In this document: piece after piece, positions 18,820 through 28,731 of the stretch | Position numbering within the stretch: the stretch's first letter is position 1 | Layout of the letters: every line of letters begins with the position of its first letter | IMG/VR virus record: IMGVR_UViG_3300029334_000002 | Origin: a virus | Reading direction: 5' to 3' (one strand) | DNA: 64,000 nt | Position numbers and translations under genes: made by a program | The notes under the pieces: generated by a model | What the model saw: only the letters and a program-made list of their open reading frames with translations | Databases searched by the model: none | Told to the model about the DNA's origin: nothing

Positions 18820-20436
18820 CTAAAAATCAAATGGCATTGACCCTAATAAAGTACTTGTAGCCTCCTGCTGCTCATCATCAGTAATCTGGATATCATCAAG
18901 GCTCTCAGAATGCTCCTCAATTACTTTTTCAATTTGAGCTACAGCAACTTCAGTTTCAATCAAGTTATAATAGTTATCTGTGATAAATAAATCTTTGGTC
19001 CTTCCAGTAGAGAGGTCAGCATATTGCCATAAACGGATTTTTGTCAGCTTTCCTCTTCGTACTTTATATATATGTCTTACAAGGTTCGGTATCGGTACTC
19101 CATACATATTGTGCATAAGTTTCTTTACACACTCTAACTCTGCACTTGTTGGCCTCAGTGAAATTTCACCTAAGTCAATTCTATCTGCTAGAGATTTTGC
19201 ACCTCTTAACATTGTTTCGTCTTTAATCTGACTATCTTTGTATGTACCATTTAACTGAGTCATTGTTAGAATAAAGATATCCAATTTCATAGCCAAATTC
19301 TTAAGAGTGTCCATGAATAAGAACAAAGTCTGATCTTCTCTCAATTTCATTCCTTTACTCATAGAAGCAACTTCAGCAATTAATTTAGCTGACATATGTA
19401 TATAATCGAATACGAAATAATGACATCCTTTTTCTCTCTTATAAGTTTTAATGATATTTGATATATCTTCTATACCAAAATCATTAATAATTTCTATATA
19501 TAAAGGATAAGTAGCAATATATTCAATAGCTTTATCTACTCGTTCTTCCTCATCTCCTTCATAGTCTCCATCAAGAATCTTGTTCTCTGGTACTCCGGAA
19601 ACGTATGCCATAATGATAGTCTGTACTTCGTCTTCCTCTAACTCAGTAGAGATGAATAGAGATGGTTCCTCACACCCAGTGTAAATCCATTCTTTTTTAT
19701 CTGTATCATAGAAATAAGGGATTGAAATATTACAGATATCTGCCAATGCAGTCCTTGTCTTTCCTCCACCAGAATCAGCAGAACGAAGATAGACCTTTTT
19801 AAGTCTCGCCCCTCTAGCAATAGTAGTCATCATAGGGCTCTGTAAAGGTATTCCAAACTCTGGTTCTTCTTTCAATCTTTCTTTCAGTTCTTTCATTCCC
19901 TTACCGGCAAGCTGACCCCTTCTCGAAGAATCCATTCCATAGAGCATTTTTGCTTTCGTAATGAGCAGATCCTCTTCTTCCAGAATCATATCATTTATTG
20001 AAGTTGCATCTAATTTAGCTGCTTGCTGTTCTTGTCTGCTAGGATCAATGATTGTTTGATCATAGATGTTCCTTATGTCTACTCCACATGAATCCCAATA
20101 TCTTAAAAGACTAAATTTTTTCAAGCGTTCCAGGTAGTAACTAAAATTTTCCAATTCAGCCAAACGAATGGCATCGTCACAATAATCAATTCCTTGATTA
20201 TCGTTGAAAATTTTATATTGTTTCTCATATCTTGAAAGAAAACTATCTATAGCAAATGTATCTATAATCTCTACCCCTTGGTTGTAGAGGTTATACACAC
20301 ATGAAAATAATATTGCGTAAAATTGTTCTTCTTCAAAGTCATACTGTGTAAGTGTGTATTCTTCCAAAAGGGAAGGTTTCTTCATAATACATCCTAAACA
20401 TTGAAGAGTGGCGTGTTTGTCAATTAACATATTCAC
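18820..20436 (-). CDS. dnaB: DnaB-like replicative DNA helicase
   Basis: N-terminal DnaB-like helical domain, RecA-fold Walker A (SADSGGGKTRTA), 538 aa. Confidence 0.75.
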   Translation of the reverse strand: MNMLIDKHATLQCLGCIMKKPSLLEEYTLTQYDFEEEQFYAILFSCVYNLYNQGVEIIDTFAIDSFLSRYEKQYKIFNDNQGIDYCDDAIRLAELENFSYYLERLKKFSLLRYWDSCGVDIRNIYDQTIIDPSRQEQQAAKLDATSINDMILEEEDLLITKAKMLYGMDSSRRGQLAGKGMKELKERLKEEPEFGIPLQSPMMTTIARGARLKKVYLRSADSGGGKTRTALADICNISIPYFYDTDKKEWIYTGCEEPSLFISTELEEDEVQTIIMAYVSGVPENKILDGDYEGDEEERVDKAIEYIATYPLYIEIINDFGIEDISNIIKTYKREKGCHYFVFDYIHMSAKLIAEVASMSKGMKLREDQTLFLFMDTLKNLAMKLDIFILTMTQLNGTYKDSQIKDETMLRGAKSLADRIDLGEISLRPTSAELECVKKLMHNMYGVPIPNLVRHIYKVRRGKLTKIRLWQYADLSTGRTKDLFITDNYYNLIETEVAVAQIEKVIEEHSESLDDIQITDDEQQEATSTLLGSMPFDF

Positions 20437-21026
20437 TCCCCTATTTTGCTTATATCAATCAAATCTACATTTTTCTTTTTAGGCGATACTTTTATATGCT
20501 TCTTTTTATAAATCTTATCCAAATCTACTTTTGAAGGTTCTATACTGTCTAGCTGTGCATAAAATGCCTGAGCTTGGTCATAATACCAAGGAATTAATCC
20601 AACAATGTCACTATCTTCATCTTTCCTGGCTTCTAATCCAACTATAGAAAAACAATATTCTAAAGTCTGTTCCATTCCTTCCCAAGTAAATCCTTCATAC
20701 ATTTTTTTGTATTTATAAGCCATTGCTGAACTTTTCGCTGTGCATTTACCCTGTATTTGCTCCACTTTACTAAAGAATTTTTCTGCTGCCTGTGCTTCAC
20801 TTTCTGGAACTGCTTCAGGGATTTTAGGGAGAGCACTTTGTTTCAGTGCTCTCTCATACTGTTCCCTTTGCTTTTTCGTCAGCTTATCATTGTCAATCTT
20901 TTCTTTTTCTTTCTTGATTTTTTTATCAAGACAAGATTTATGATAGTATCTGGTTTTTATATGAATAGCTTTCGAAGCAAGTACATTTTTATGACATACC
21001 GGGCAAATGTACATTGCCCTTGGCAT
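20433..21026 (-). CDS. Hypothetical protein with an N-terminal zinc finger (possible helicase loader)
   Basis: CPVCH...HKSC at the N-terminus and a Lys-rich linker. Translationally coupled to dnaB. Confidence 0.35.
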   Translation of the reverse strand: MPRAMYICPVCHKNVLASKAIHIKTRYYHKSCLDKKIKKEKEKIDNDKLTKKQREQYERALKQSALPKIPEAVPESEAQAAEKFFSKVEQIQGKCTAKSSAMAYKYKKMYEGFTWEGMEQTLEYCFSIVGLEARKDEDSDIVGLIPWYYDQAQAFYAQLDSIEPSKVDLDKIYKKKHIKVSPKKKNVDLIDISKIGE

Positions 21027-22024
21027 TACGCCACTCCTAATTCAGCACAAGCATCCTTAATGTCTTCGAGAATAATGCTCATTGCCTCAGTCTGCTTTTT
21101 AGTACACTGAGATACTTTCTTCCCAACACCAAGAGTCTGCTCTACAATATCTGTCAATGTTTCCATATGATCTGAGGCAGCCAGTTTACCTCCCCAAAGG
21201 GCAATCTCTTCCTGAAGCTGTTCAAAGGACATTGTTTCTTTTTCTTCATACATAGACTGCTGTTCATCATAGGATACTGATTTAATACCGTCAGCTTCTT
21301 CCTGTTTAGTGATTGCATCAGAAATTGCTTTCTCTAAATTATCTGCTGTAAACTCTTCAATTTTAGTTACCATGAAATCATATCTTGAACGAGCGAAGAA
21401 CTTATCTGTCTGCGCAAAATAAGCAGAAGATTTAATTACATGTCCATCTTCATCTACGCCATTTGGTTCAAGGTAAGCCACTACGTCACAATTATCTACA
21501 ATTGGTTTAATACAGCGCTTGTCTCCCTTAGGCTGAATAAAGCCATCTTTTTCGTCTGCATGCGCAACGAATACCACTGTATACCCGGAAGTTACTAATT
21601 TCTGAATCTGTTCCCAATAAATACGTTCATAAATCTGATAAAGATTTACTTTGCTGTTTTCATTGGCTCCAAGAGAAATGCATCCTCCACCATATGTGTC
21701 ACATACGAATTTCTGGCAAAACAGAGAGGAAGCATATACTTCATCAATAACAATAGTGGAATAAATCTCTTTAGCTCTTTCTACTGTTTTAGGATCAGTA
21801 AGTTCTTTGATGTACTTAGTGAACATTCTCCAGTTGTTAATCATTTTATGTTTAACTCCTGCCTGAGCACCTAAACCATTCTCACACATGAAGAACAAAG
21901 CATTCTTCATCTTTGCGCAATTATAAGTTTTTCCCGTATTGTTTGTGCCATAAAGCATAATTACTTTTCCTTCAAGGCCATGTGCTACAACGCTTACTTC
22001 TGGTTCAAAAATACTATCTGTCAT
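21026..22024 (-). CDS. AAA/RecA-like ATPase (phage Sak4 / AAA_24-like recombination ATPase)
   Basis: Walker A LYGTNNTGKT and Walker B IVIDEV. Its position downstream of the replication genes is typical for phage Sak4. Confidence 0.5.
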   Translation of the reverse strand: MTDSIFEPEVSVVAHGLEGKVIMLYGTNNTGKTYNCAKMKNALFFMCENGLGAQAGVKHKMINNWRMFTKYIKELTDPKTVERAKEIYSTIVIDEVYASSLFCQKFVCDTYGGGCISLGANENSKVNLYQIYERIYWEQIQKLVTSGYTVVFVAHADEKDGFIQPKGDKRCIKPIVDNCDVVAYLEPNGVDEDGHVIKSSAYFAQTDKFFARSRYDFMVTKIEEFTADNLEKAISDAITKQEEADGIKSVSYDEQQSMYEEKETMSFEQLQEEIALWGGKLAASDHMETLTDIVEQTLGVGKKVSQCTKKQTEAMSIILEDIKDACAELGVA

Positions 22025-22058
22025 ATGTAATCTCCTTTAATTTTACTATTTATATTTT

Positions 22059-22071
22059 TACAAACTTGTTT
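22059..22071 (-). promoter_or_regulatory. Conserved element AAACAAGTTTGTAAAAA (minus-strand sense) upstream of the ATPase gene
   Basis: The same motif recurs twice near 50270 and 50365 in front of consensus promoters. Confidence 0.35.
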
Positions 22072-22076
22072 ATAGA

Positions 22077-22997
22077 TTAAAAATTAGGAAGTTTTGGTCT
22101 AGCTTTAGTTGTTGCGGCAGAAGTTGCTGTCTCTGGCTGTTTAGCTTTTGCTTTCTCTCCCTCTAAGCGAACTTCTCTATCAGTAATTGCCTGAGAAATT
22201 GCACCAATGTCATATGGTTCTGGAGTTGGTGTTTCACTATCCTCACCGTAAGCATCAGAAGCATTTGTAATAATCATTTCATTTTTATAGATCGTTTTCT
22301 TCTCAAATCTTGGTTTACCAATTTTTACAGGAATTTCTTTTGTGATTTCTGCACGACTATTTACAATATCACCATAGAACTTAACAGTCTGATTTGGTGC
22401 ATAATCATCTAAAATTGCTTCTGCAATTCCATCTTCTGCTGGAGCATATAAGGTCATTGGCTCAATTCCTGCGTATGTAGGCACCCATCCTTTTACGATA
22501 GCTCGGCCTGTTTCTTCACCTTTATTCTCACCAGATGTATAAAGTTCTGGAGTAATAGAAGCAATTGCCATTTCTACTTCAAACCAAGCACGAGGCTCGA
22601 ATTTCTCTGGGGCTCCATCATAACGCTTAAAAATCATTGTCTGATAAGAAATACCTACATGTACCTGTTTATCTTTTCCAACGTAAGAACGAGGTCTGAT
22701 TTGACCATCTGTAACAGTTACTCTTGTAGCTGCGTCTTTACCAACTTTAGCAATAGACTGATATTCTCTCATTACAGTTTCAATGCCTGCATAATAGCCA
22801 TTATCTGTGCCGTCATTCTTTTTCTCATTGATATACACTCTAAATGTTACAAAGTTAATGTCTCCTGTCTGTACTGTAATGTCACCGCTAATAACTTTTT
22901 TACCATCTCTTACTGACTCTTCCAGTGTGTTTTCGCTTACAATACCAACTACTTCTACTTTTGTGTCTGCCTGTCTTAAATTTGTTTTTTCACTCAT
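22077..22997 (-). CDS. Hypothetical protein; possible ssDNA-binding protein
   Basis: Its position after a Sak4-like gene and an acidic C-terminal region suggest an SSB. No firm motif. Confidence 0.25.
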   Translation of the reverse strand: MSEKTNLRQADTKVEVVGIVSENTLEESVRDGKKVISGDITVQTGDINFVTFRVYINEKKNDGTDNGYYAGIETVMREYQSIAKVGKDAATRVTVTDGQIRPRSYVGKDKQVHVGISYQTMIFKRYDGAPEKFEPRAWFEVEMAIASITPELYTSGENKGEETGRAIVKGWVPTYAGIEPMTLYAPAEDGIAEAILDDYAPNQTVKFYGDIVNSRAEITKEIPVKIGKPRFEKKTIYKNEMIITNASDAYGEDSETPTPEPYDIGAISQAITDREVRLEGEKAKAKQPETATSAATTKARPKLPNF

Positions 22998-23062
22998 GAA
23001 TATTGTCTCCTCTTATAAATAATATTGTTTGGTATATTGATAAGCGTTCATGATTGAACGAC

Positions 23063-23254
23063 TTATTCACTAAATCTCATGCTAACTCTATCTAAATATT
23101 CTTCATCTGACGGGTTAGCGAATCTAATAACTGTATATATGCCTTTGCATTCTGGACATCTATTATTTTTTCTTTCATTCCATTCAAACACTGAAGCACA
23201 ACGAGTGCACTGGCATAATGTTGTTCGTGTTTCCATCTCATTCCTCCTCTTCAA
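23063..23254 (-). CDS. Small zinc-ribbon protein
   Basis: CQCTRC ... CPEC. Confidence 0.35.
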   Translation of the reverse strand: MKRRNEMETRTTLCQCTRCASVFEWNERKNNRCPECKGIYTVIRFANPSDEEYLDRVSMRFSE

Positions 23255-24008
23255 AGATGCTTCCGCTAATGCCTAAAGCTTCAGCAAGTAGTGTTTTCAG
23301 AGGTTCTGATGGATTCTGATCATTCAACCATCCTAAATAACTATCTGGAATTTCAGAGAGTGGTTCTCCCTTATGTTTGCCGAATGGCATAAGATATGTT
23401 TCTGGTGTAGGTTTGAATTCTTTCATCAGTTCATCTACTTCAGTTTCATCAAAAGATACTGTTAAATCTTTTCTTGATGCTAAATAATCTGCTAAGTGAA
23501 CTATCATCTGACCTTTTGTTTCTGGTAATGGCAGCTCATCTTTACTTCTTTTATCTGTGTTCCATTCACCCATATGTGAGGCGCAACAGTCTGCAATATA
23601 ATCCAATTCTTCATCTGGCAACCATTCAAATCCTTTATAGGATTTTATTCTCTCAGCTATAAGTAATGGGTGTTTAAAAAGAGTATATTGACTGCCATTA
23701 CGCCCAAGTTTTTCATCATCATGGTTCATAATAGCTGTTCGTAGCATATCTCTTTCTCTTGATGTAAACTGACTCTTGATACAATCAATTGACAGCATAT
23801 GATTTAAGAATCTAGTTGCCCCTTTTACATGTTTAGCAAGCCCCATAAAACCAACTGTATAATCAGGGTGATACTTGTTAGTACTTGAAGCAGACACTTG
23901 CCAGAAATATGTAGGCGCAGTATCTAGTAATTCAATACAAAATTCCTGAATATCATCATTTTCAAATACTTCTAATTCTTCCTTAAAAAATCTCTCTGCT
24001 AATGTCAT
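23238..24008 (-). CDS. Hypothetical protein, possible HD-type phosphohydrolase
   Basis: Scattered His/Asp residues (KYHPD, NHDDEK, HLADY) compatible with an HD domain. Weak. Confidence 0.25.
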   Translation of the reverse strand: MTLAERFFKEELEVFENDDIQEFCIELLDTAPTYFWQVSASSTNKYHPDYTVGFMGLAKHVKGATRFLNHMLSIDCIKSQFTSRERDMLRTAIMNHDDEKLGRNGSQYTLFKHPLLIAERIKSYKGFEWLPDEELDYIADCCASHMGEWNTDKRSKDELPLPETKGQMIVHLADYLASRKDLTVSFDETEVDELMKEFKPTPETYLMPFGKHKGEPLSEIPDSYLGWLNDQNPSEPLKTLLAEALGISGSIFEEEE

Positions 24009-25303
24009 ACAGTTTCCTCCTCAATAATTTCTTGTGCCTCTTCCATATCCGGTGTATCAGAGGAATCTTTTATCAATCCTTCAAGGACCTTGAAAGTGAA
24101 ATTCTTGTGTTTATAAGCCTTAAAGCTGCTTCTATTATCAATTCTTACAACTACACCTTCTCTAACATGTGTTACTCCTATTGGATCAGGCCCATCATAG
24201 TATTTTTCTACACGCTCCATAAGATCTTCTTTAGTAGTAAACAGGAATTTATCAAATTCAGGTACATGTTTAACTCCTAAACGATCACACCAATTCTTTA
24301 CTTCTTCCCATGGAATCTCTGTAATAATCCCATCTTCATTGGTCATAGTCATTCTATAAACATAAATATCAGAAGTACCAGGAGTACACCCATAAGAGAA
24401 CACTGTTTCATCACCGTAAAGCTTCTTAACTTCTTTATCTTTAATTTTAGTGTTGGAACAGGTTCCCATAATGGTCTGCTCTGTACCATCAACCCACCCT
24501 ACGATTTCATAAAACACTTCCATTCCTTTTGGCAGTTTGTCAATAAAGTAGTCATGATATTTCTGTCTAAATTTATCATTCCCATAGTAACCGCCTTCAA
24601 ATGTATTGAGTACAACTCTTCTTGTTCCAGTAACTATTTTCCATTCTTTGATAGCAGGAGCCGGTCTACAAAAAAGTTTTTGTAGTAGAGTCTTTTTCTT
24701 AGTAGTTACTTCTATTGCATTTGCTGTTCGACCAGATGTGCCATGCATTTTCAAAGTAATGTAACAAGTATCTCCTGGTTTAAAGGCATTTAAGTTATAT
24801 GCTAACTGTTCTGTATCAGCATGTTCTTTAAAATAAGGAAATTTGTTTTTTAAATTTGGAGTTTTTACTTTCGGACCATTGTTAGATTTTTTATGATTTG
24901 ATCTTGGAATATATTTTTTACAGATAACTGTCCCATCAAGTACAGTAATTTGATCTCCTAAAGATAATTTATTTATATCAGTCCATTTACTAAGAGATTC
25001 TACTGGTAAAACCAATCCTTCTGATTTTTCACCTCGCAGTCTCATAGCTTTAATGTTTCGTTTTACAGGATCAAGATATCCACCTGTAGTTGTTCCATCT
25101 TCATTTTTAATACGCAGTAAATTGTTTTCTTTTGCAAATTCTTCTCCTAGCTGACCATCAACCGGGAAAAATACAACTTTCTGCCCTTCGTAATAACTTA
25201 AATCAACAATAACCGTATTTCCAAAAACGGTACCAAGCTGGAGCCTATCAGCATTGCTGTGTTTACGAAGTTGCTTAAGCTCAGTAATGTAAGCACAATA
25301 CAT
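24005..25303 (-). CDS. ATP-dependent RNA ligase (Rnl2-like nucleotidyltransferase) fused to an N-terminal tRNA-binding (Myf/EMAP-like) OB domain
   Basis: N-terminus KHSNADRLQLGTVFGNTVIV...VFFPVDGQL...RLRGEKSEGLVLPVESL matches the tRNA_bind domain pattern. Ligase motif I ITLKMHGTSG (KxHGT as in T4 Rnl2), motif IV/V REGVVVRIDN and FKAYKHK. Confidence 0.6.
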   Translation of the reverse strand: MYCAYITELKQLRKHSNADRLQLGTVFGNTVIVDLSYYEGQKVVFFPVDGQLGEEFAKENNLLRIKNEDGTTTGGYLDPVKRNIKAMRLRGEKSEGLVLPVESLSKWTDINKLSLGDQITVLDGTVICKKYIPRSNHKKSNNGPKVKTPNLKNKFPYFKEHADTEQLAYNLNAFKPGDTCYITLKMHGTSGRTANAIEVTTKKKTLLQKLFCRPAPAIKEWKIVTGTRRVVLNTFEGGYYGNDKFRQKYHDYFIDKLPKGMEVFYEIVGWVDGTEQTIMGTCSNTKIKDKEVKKLYGDETVFSYGCTPGTSDIYVYRMTMTNEDGIITEIPWEEVKNWCDRLGVKHVPEFDKFLFTTKEDLMERVEKYYDGPDPIGVTHVREGVVVRIDNRSSFKAYKHKNFTFKVLEGLIKDSSDTPDMEEAQEIIEEETV

Positions 25304-25308
25304 TAAGT

Positions 25309-25464
25309 ATTGAATACCTCTTTCTCACTCATAATTCTCTTGCACAGATCAATTACATCTGTGTTGCCTCCTTTTATTTCATTATATATTTTAGTAACAC
25401 CATAAAGTTTTCCTATATGAAATCCTTTGTTATATGTATCAGTAATTTTCTTTTTCATCTTTTT
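25309..25464 (-). CDS. Small unannotated ORF (51 aa, MKKKITDTYNKGFHIGKLYG...) with its stop overlapping the ligase start
   Basis: ATG behind the phosphoesterase gene; its TAA overlaps the ATG of the next gene (TAATG). Missed by the ORF track's length cutoff. Confidence 0.25.
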
Positions 25465-25469
25465 TCTAG

Positions 25470-26027
25470 TTATAAACACGTAGCTCCTCCTGTTATTTCT
25501 TCTAAAGTTCTAGGAGTATAATTCAGCAGCATTGCTCCGACATTATACATTTTACATGGTGTATTATATAGATTTTCCATTTCATACTTTGTTCTTTGCA
25601 TCATATTATTTTCAAAACCTGTATGTACATGTCCATATAAATGGTACCAACCATAGTAATGATTCTTAAAACAAGGAATCGGATAATGACAAAGAATAAT
25701 ACTCTCTTTTGGATTAAGGTATAGTTCTTTATAATCAACTATTTCTACAAATAAATTCTGTAAATCTTTGTTTTTCAGAATCTTATTATCATGATTTCCT
25801 TTTATTAAATGAATCCTACCATTTAACTGGCTGTAATACTCCAATGTTTTAGTTGAACCATACCAACTAATATCTCCTAAAAGATAAACATCATCATCTA
25901 AGCCAACTACTGAATTCCAATTATTTTTAATAGTTTCATCGTTCTCTTCTATTGTCTTAAATGGTCTAGCATCGAATGCCAATGCATTTGTGTGACCAAT
26001 ATGTAAGTCTGAAATATAATAATTCAT
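25470..26027 (-). CDS. Calcineurin-like metallophosphoesterase
   Basis: Motifs DLHIGH, GDISWYG and GNHD. Confidence 0.6.
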   Translation of the reverse strand: MNYYISDLHIGHTNALAFDARPFKTIEENDETIKNNWNSVVGLDDDVYLLGDISWYGSTKTLEYYSQLNGRIHLIKGNHDNKILKNKDLQNLFVEIVDYKELYLNPKESIILCHYPIPCFKNHYYGWYHLYGHVHTGFENNMMQRTKYEMENLYNTPCKMYNVGAMLLNYTPRTLEEITGGATCL

Positions 26028-26172
26028 AAGCTACTCACCACAACACTAAGTATATCAATAACGCCAACAATTAGTAATATTATATAAAATCTTGTTCCAT
26101 GTATCCCTATTGATGAGCAATAGGCTCCTAGAATACCCCAACATAGAATATTCAAAATTGATAAAAATGTTT

Positions 26173-26394
26173 TCATAGCTCACCTATCCAATCTTCATAA
26201 ATATTATCTGCATGTGCTTCAATATCATCATGTAATGTCTCTTCTGGGTAATCAATAAGAGATTCTATTACATAAGAATCCATAACTAAACTTGATACTT
26301 TACTGTCTGACAACTGATATTTTGTTTTTAATGTATCTTTCAAAGCTTCAATATAAGTTTTGGCACTTTTCGTAAGTTTTAATGTATCCGTCAT
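26173..26394 (-). CDS. Hypothetical small acidic protein
   Basis: ORF only. Confidence 0.3.
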   Translation of the reverse strand: MTDTLKLTKSAKTYIEALKDTLKTKYQLSDSKVSSLVMDSYVIESLIDYPEETLHDDIEAHADNIYEDWIGEL

Positions 26395-26398
26395 CGTT

Positions 26399-27181
26399 CT
26401 ACTCCTGTAATTTTCGTGCTGAATAACAAATTTCTTTATATTTCATAACTGCATCATACACTTCATCTGGAATTATATTTTTATATTGTTTGACGACAAT
26501 TTCTATAATTTTCTTTTTAGCAATGTTATATGAATTACTTGCTTCCTCTTCTGACTCGAAACGTCCCAAATAAATTTTTTCTCCATTAACTCCATTGCAA
26601 CTTGCTATATATGCTCCGGACTTTATTTTTTGTACTCCTAAAGCATAATTACCTCTATCATTTTTTCTATCTAGCACAATTGTATTTAATCTATGGGGTA
26701 ATAACAAACAGGTGTCGGGACTATATATTTTATTTCCAATAACTTTTATATCTTTGTCCAATTCAAGTGAGTCGTCCTTTGATAAGATATATTTATGTTC
26801 GCTGTACCATTTTGCAAAATTTTGATAATTTTTCCATTCGTCGCATACATAGCAATCAATATAATTTTGATTTTTAATATATTTATCGCTATAACATCTT
26901 GTTAACATAGATCCCCATTTTGTATATTCTTCTGTATGAGAAACACCAACTTTAGTTTTAAAAGGGCCATAACCTCTATAACCAACACCTAAATAAGTGG
27001 GAATATTATAGTTTATAATATTTCCTTTTTTGAAATATTGATAATAAGTGTGTCTCACAATAATTCCATCTTCGAATTGGATATCAATATCGTGGACATT
27101 TTTATATCTAATAATTTGCATCTTTAATCCTTGTTTATTAATATTTTCTTCTCCGGTTCGGTCTATTTTTTGCATAGTCAA
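26399..27181 (-). CDS. Putative free-standing homing-endonuclease-like protein (AP2-type DNA-binding domain plus HNH-like region)
   Basis: KIYLGRFESEEEASNSYNIAKKK matches the AP2 domain signature. LELDKDIKVIGNKIYSPDTCLLLPHRLN resembles the HNH cores of phage HEGs. Confidence 0.35.
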   Translation of the reverse strand: MTMQKIDRTGEENINKQGLKMQIIRYKNVHDIDIQFEDGIIVRHTYYQYFKKGNIINYNIPTYLGVGYRGYGPFKTKVGVSHTEEYTKWGSMLTRCYSDKYIKNQNYIDCYVCDEWKNYQNFAKWYSEHKYILSKDDSLELDKDIKVIGNKIYSPDTCLLLPHRLNTIVLDRKNDRGNYALGVQKIKSGAYIASCNGVNGEKIYLGRFESEEEASNSYNIAKKKIIEIVVKQYKNIIPDEVYDAVMKYKEICYSARKLQE

Positions 27182-28023
27182 TTCACCCTTATAATCTGTT
27201 CATACAAACAAATATCCTTATCAGAAACTGCAAGATTTTGATGATAATGTCCAAAAATATTTTTTCTATAATCAACATTACATCTGATCTCTTCCAAATA
27301 ATCAGTTAGCTTATCCGGTTTATATAATCCATGTGATAATAATGCTGCTGTAGAAGAAGCTGTACAATGCGTTAGGATAAAATCTACTTTATTATCATGT
27401 TCTGCCAGGTTCTTTATACCTTCATCCATCTCTTCTTGATTCGGCATTTCTCGCTCCCACCATGAAATGTGATTAATTCGGTACATTTTATCCGGATCAT
27501 CTCTCCATTCTTTTACTCTTGGATCATCAATCTCTAATACTCCATCTGAAATATCATGACTGGCAGCTCCACCAAAAGTAAAGAATTTTAACCCGTCTAT
27601 ATCAAATACCTGTCCTCTCATAAGATGAATTACTGATGGTTTAATAAAATGTACCTTACCACCATGCCATTCTTCTACCGGATAAGCATCTAATATATCG
27701 TAACATTCATGATTTCCGTCAATAAAGAGTGTTGTGAAATGCTTCTCTTCAAGCCAATTCAGATACCACCTTTGCTGCGGTGAATCTCTCCATATCCCAA
27801 AATCTCCAAGAACAATTACATAATCTTCTTTAGTCATCTCTCTTTGTTCCGGGAACGAGTCCATATTTAATCTATGGATCCAACCCCCATGTGTATCACC
27901 CGTAATCCAAATTATTTCCACCACCTCCAACAATATGTAGCAAATGAAAATCCTACAAGAATCATGAAATATGCTATAGGTATCGCGAAGAACATTTTCA
28001 TAATTGAAATTAGTAAAATACAC
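27178..28023 (-). CDS. Calcineurin-like metallophosphoesterase (Ser/Thr phosphatase or 2',3'-cyclic phosphodiesterase type)
   Basis: Motifs IWITGDTHGG, VLGDFG and GNHE. The real start is probably downstream of the annotated one. Confidence 0.6.
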   Translation of the reverse strand: MYFTNFNYENVLRDTYSIFHDSCRIFICYILLEVVEIIWITGDTHGGWIHRLNMDSFPEQREMTKEDYVIVLGDFGIWRDSPQQRWYLNWLEEKHFTTLFIDGNHECYDILDAYPVEEWHGGKVHFIKPSVIHLMRGQVFDIDGLKFFTFGGAASHDISDGVLEIDDPRVKEWRDDPDKMYRINHISWWEREMPNQEEMDEGIKNLAEHDNKVDFILTHCTASSTAALLSHGLYKPDKLTDYLEEIRCNVDYRKNIFGHYHQNLAVSDKDICLYEQIIRVN

Positions 28024-28154
28024 AGGTTTAATTTTTTATCTGCAATCATATTTAATATTGTTACTACTGGCAAAAGCATTAACTTCCAACCACTACATAT
28101 AGCTCCAATTACTCCACATATAGCAGAAATCCATCCCATGGTTTGCTTAATCAC
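27912..28154 (-). CDS. Small membrane protein (2-3 TM)
   Basis: Hydrophobic 80-aa ORF that overlaps the probably over-extended 5' end of the phosphoesterase ORF. Confidence 0.3.
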   Translation of the reverse strand: MIKQTMGWISAICGVIGAICSGWKLMLLPVVTILNMIADKKLNLCILLISIMKMFFAIPIAYFMILVGFSFATYCWRWWK

Positions 28155-28549
28155 TTAATTCCTCCTAAACTATCAATCCATTGTTTTACCTTGCCATTAT
28201 CATATGTTTTTGTAATCAATACGGCAGACACTGTTTGCCCTATTCTTCCATGATATTTACGATATGTACTTTCATCATTAAGTGAATATTCAGTTCCGTT
28301 ATAATTTACCGTAATTTCGTATTCAGCATAATCAGTTCGAAATTGCGGAACATGATTAACCATACCTGTAAAACGGGTTTCTTTAGGTTTATAATATTCA
28401 TTTACAACTGTGACCTTCACGCTTTCCTCTTTTTTATCAATGCATTTAGCGCAACCAGTTAATGTTGAAATACTTATCAATAGAACTCCTAAAATACTTA
28501 ATACTTTCTTTTTCATAAACTCTCTCCTACATTTGTAGTTAAGGTCCAA
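28151..28549 (-). CDS. Lipoprotein
   Basis: Signal peptide plus lipobox LTGC. Confidence 0.5.
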   Translation of the reverse strand: MDLNYKCRREFMKKKVLSILGVLLISISTLTGCAKCIDKKEESVKVTVVNEYYKPKETRFTGMVNHVPQFRTDYAEYEITVNYNGTEYSLNDESTYRKYHGRIGQTVSAVLITKTYDNGKVKQWIDSLGGIK

Positions 28550-28731
28550 TCCTTCTGAGTTCCATAAGGATAAGAAGTTCCATAAGGATAAGAACCATAT
28601 GTTATAGTATTATCCTCAGTAGTTTCAGTTCTGGTCGTCTCCTCAATAAGATGGCCTTCTTTATCATATTTTTTAGTTGTCTCCGTAATCGTAGTTTTTA
28701 TCATTGTACTCTCCTTATATTGACAAACCAC
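28513..28731 (-). CDS. Small Thr-rich protein with an SYPYGT repeat
   Basis: ORF only. Confidence 0.2.
   Translation of the reverse strand: MVCQYKESTMIKTTITETTKKYDKEGHLIEETTRTETTEDNTITYGSYPYGTSYPYGTQKDWTLTTNVGESL

Noticed and set aside
24002-24280. Plus-strand ORF 24002-24280 overlapping the start of the RNA ligase gene
   Set aside because: It is antisense to the ligase N-terminal tRNA-binding domain, which has a strong motif match, and its hydrophobic low-complexity composition is typical of a spurious frame.
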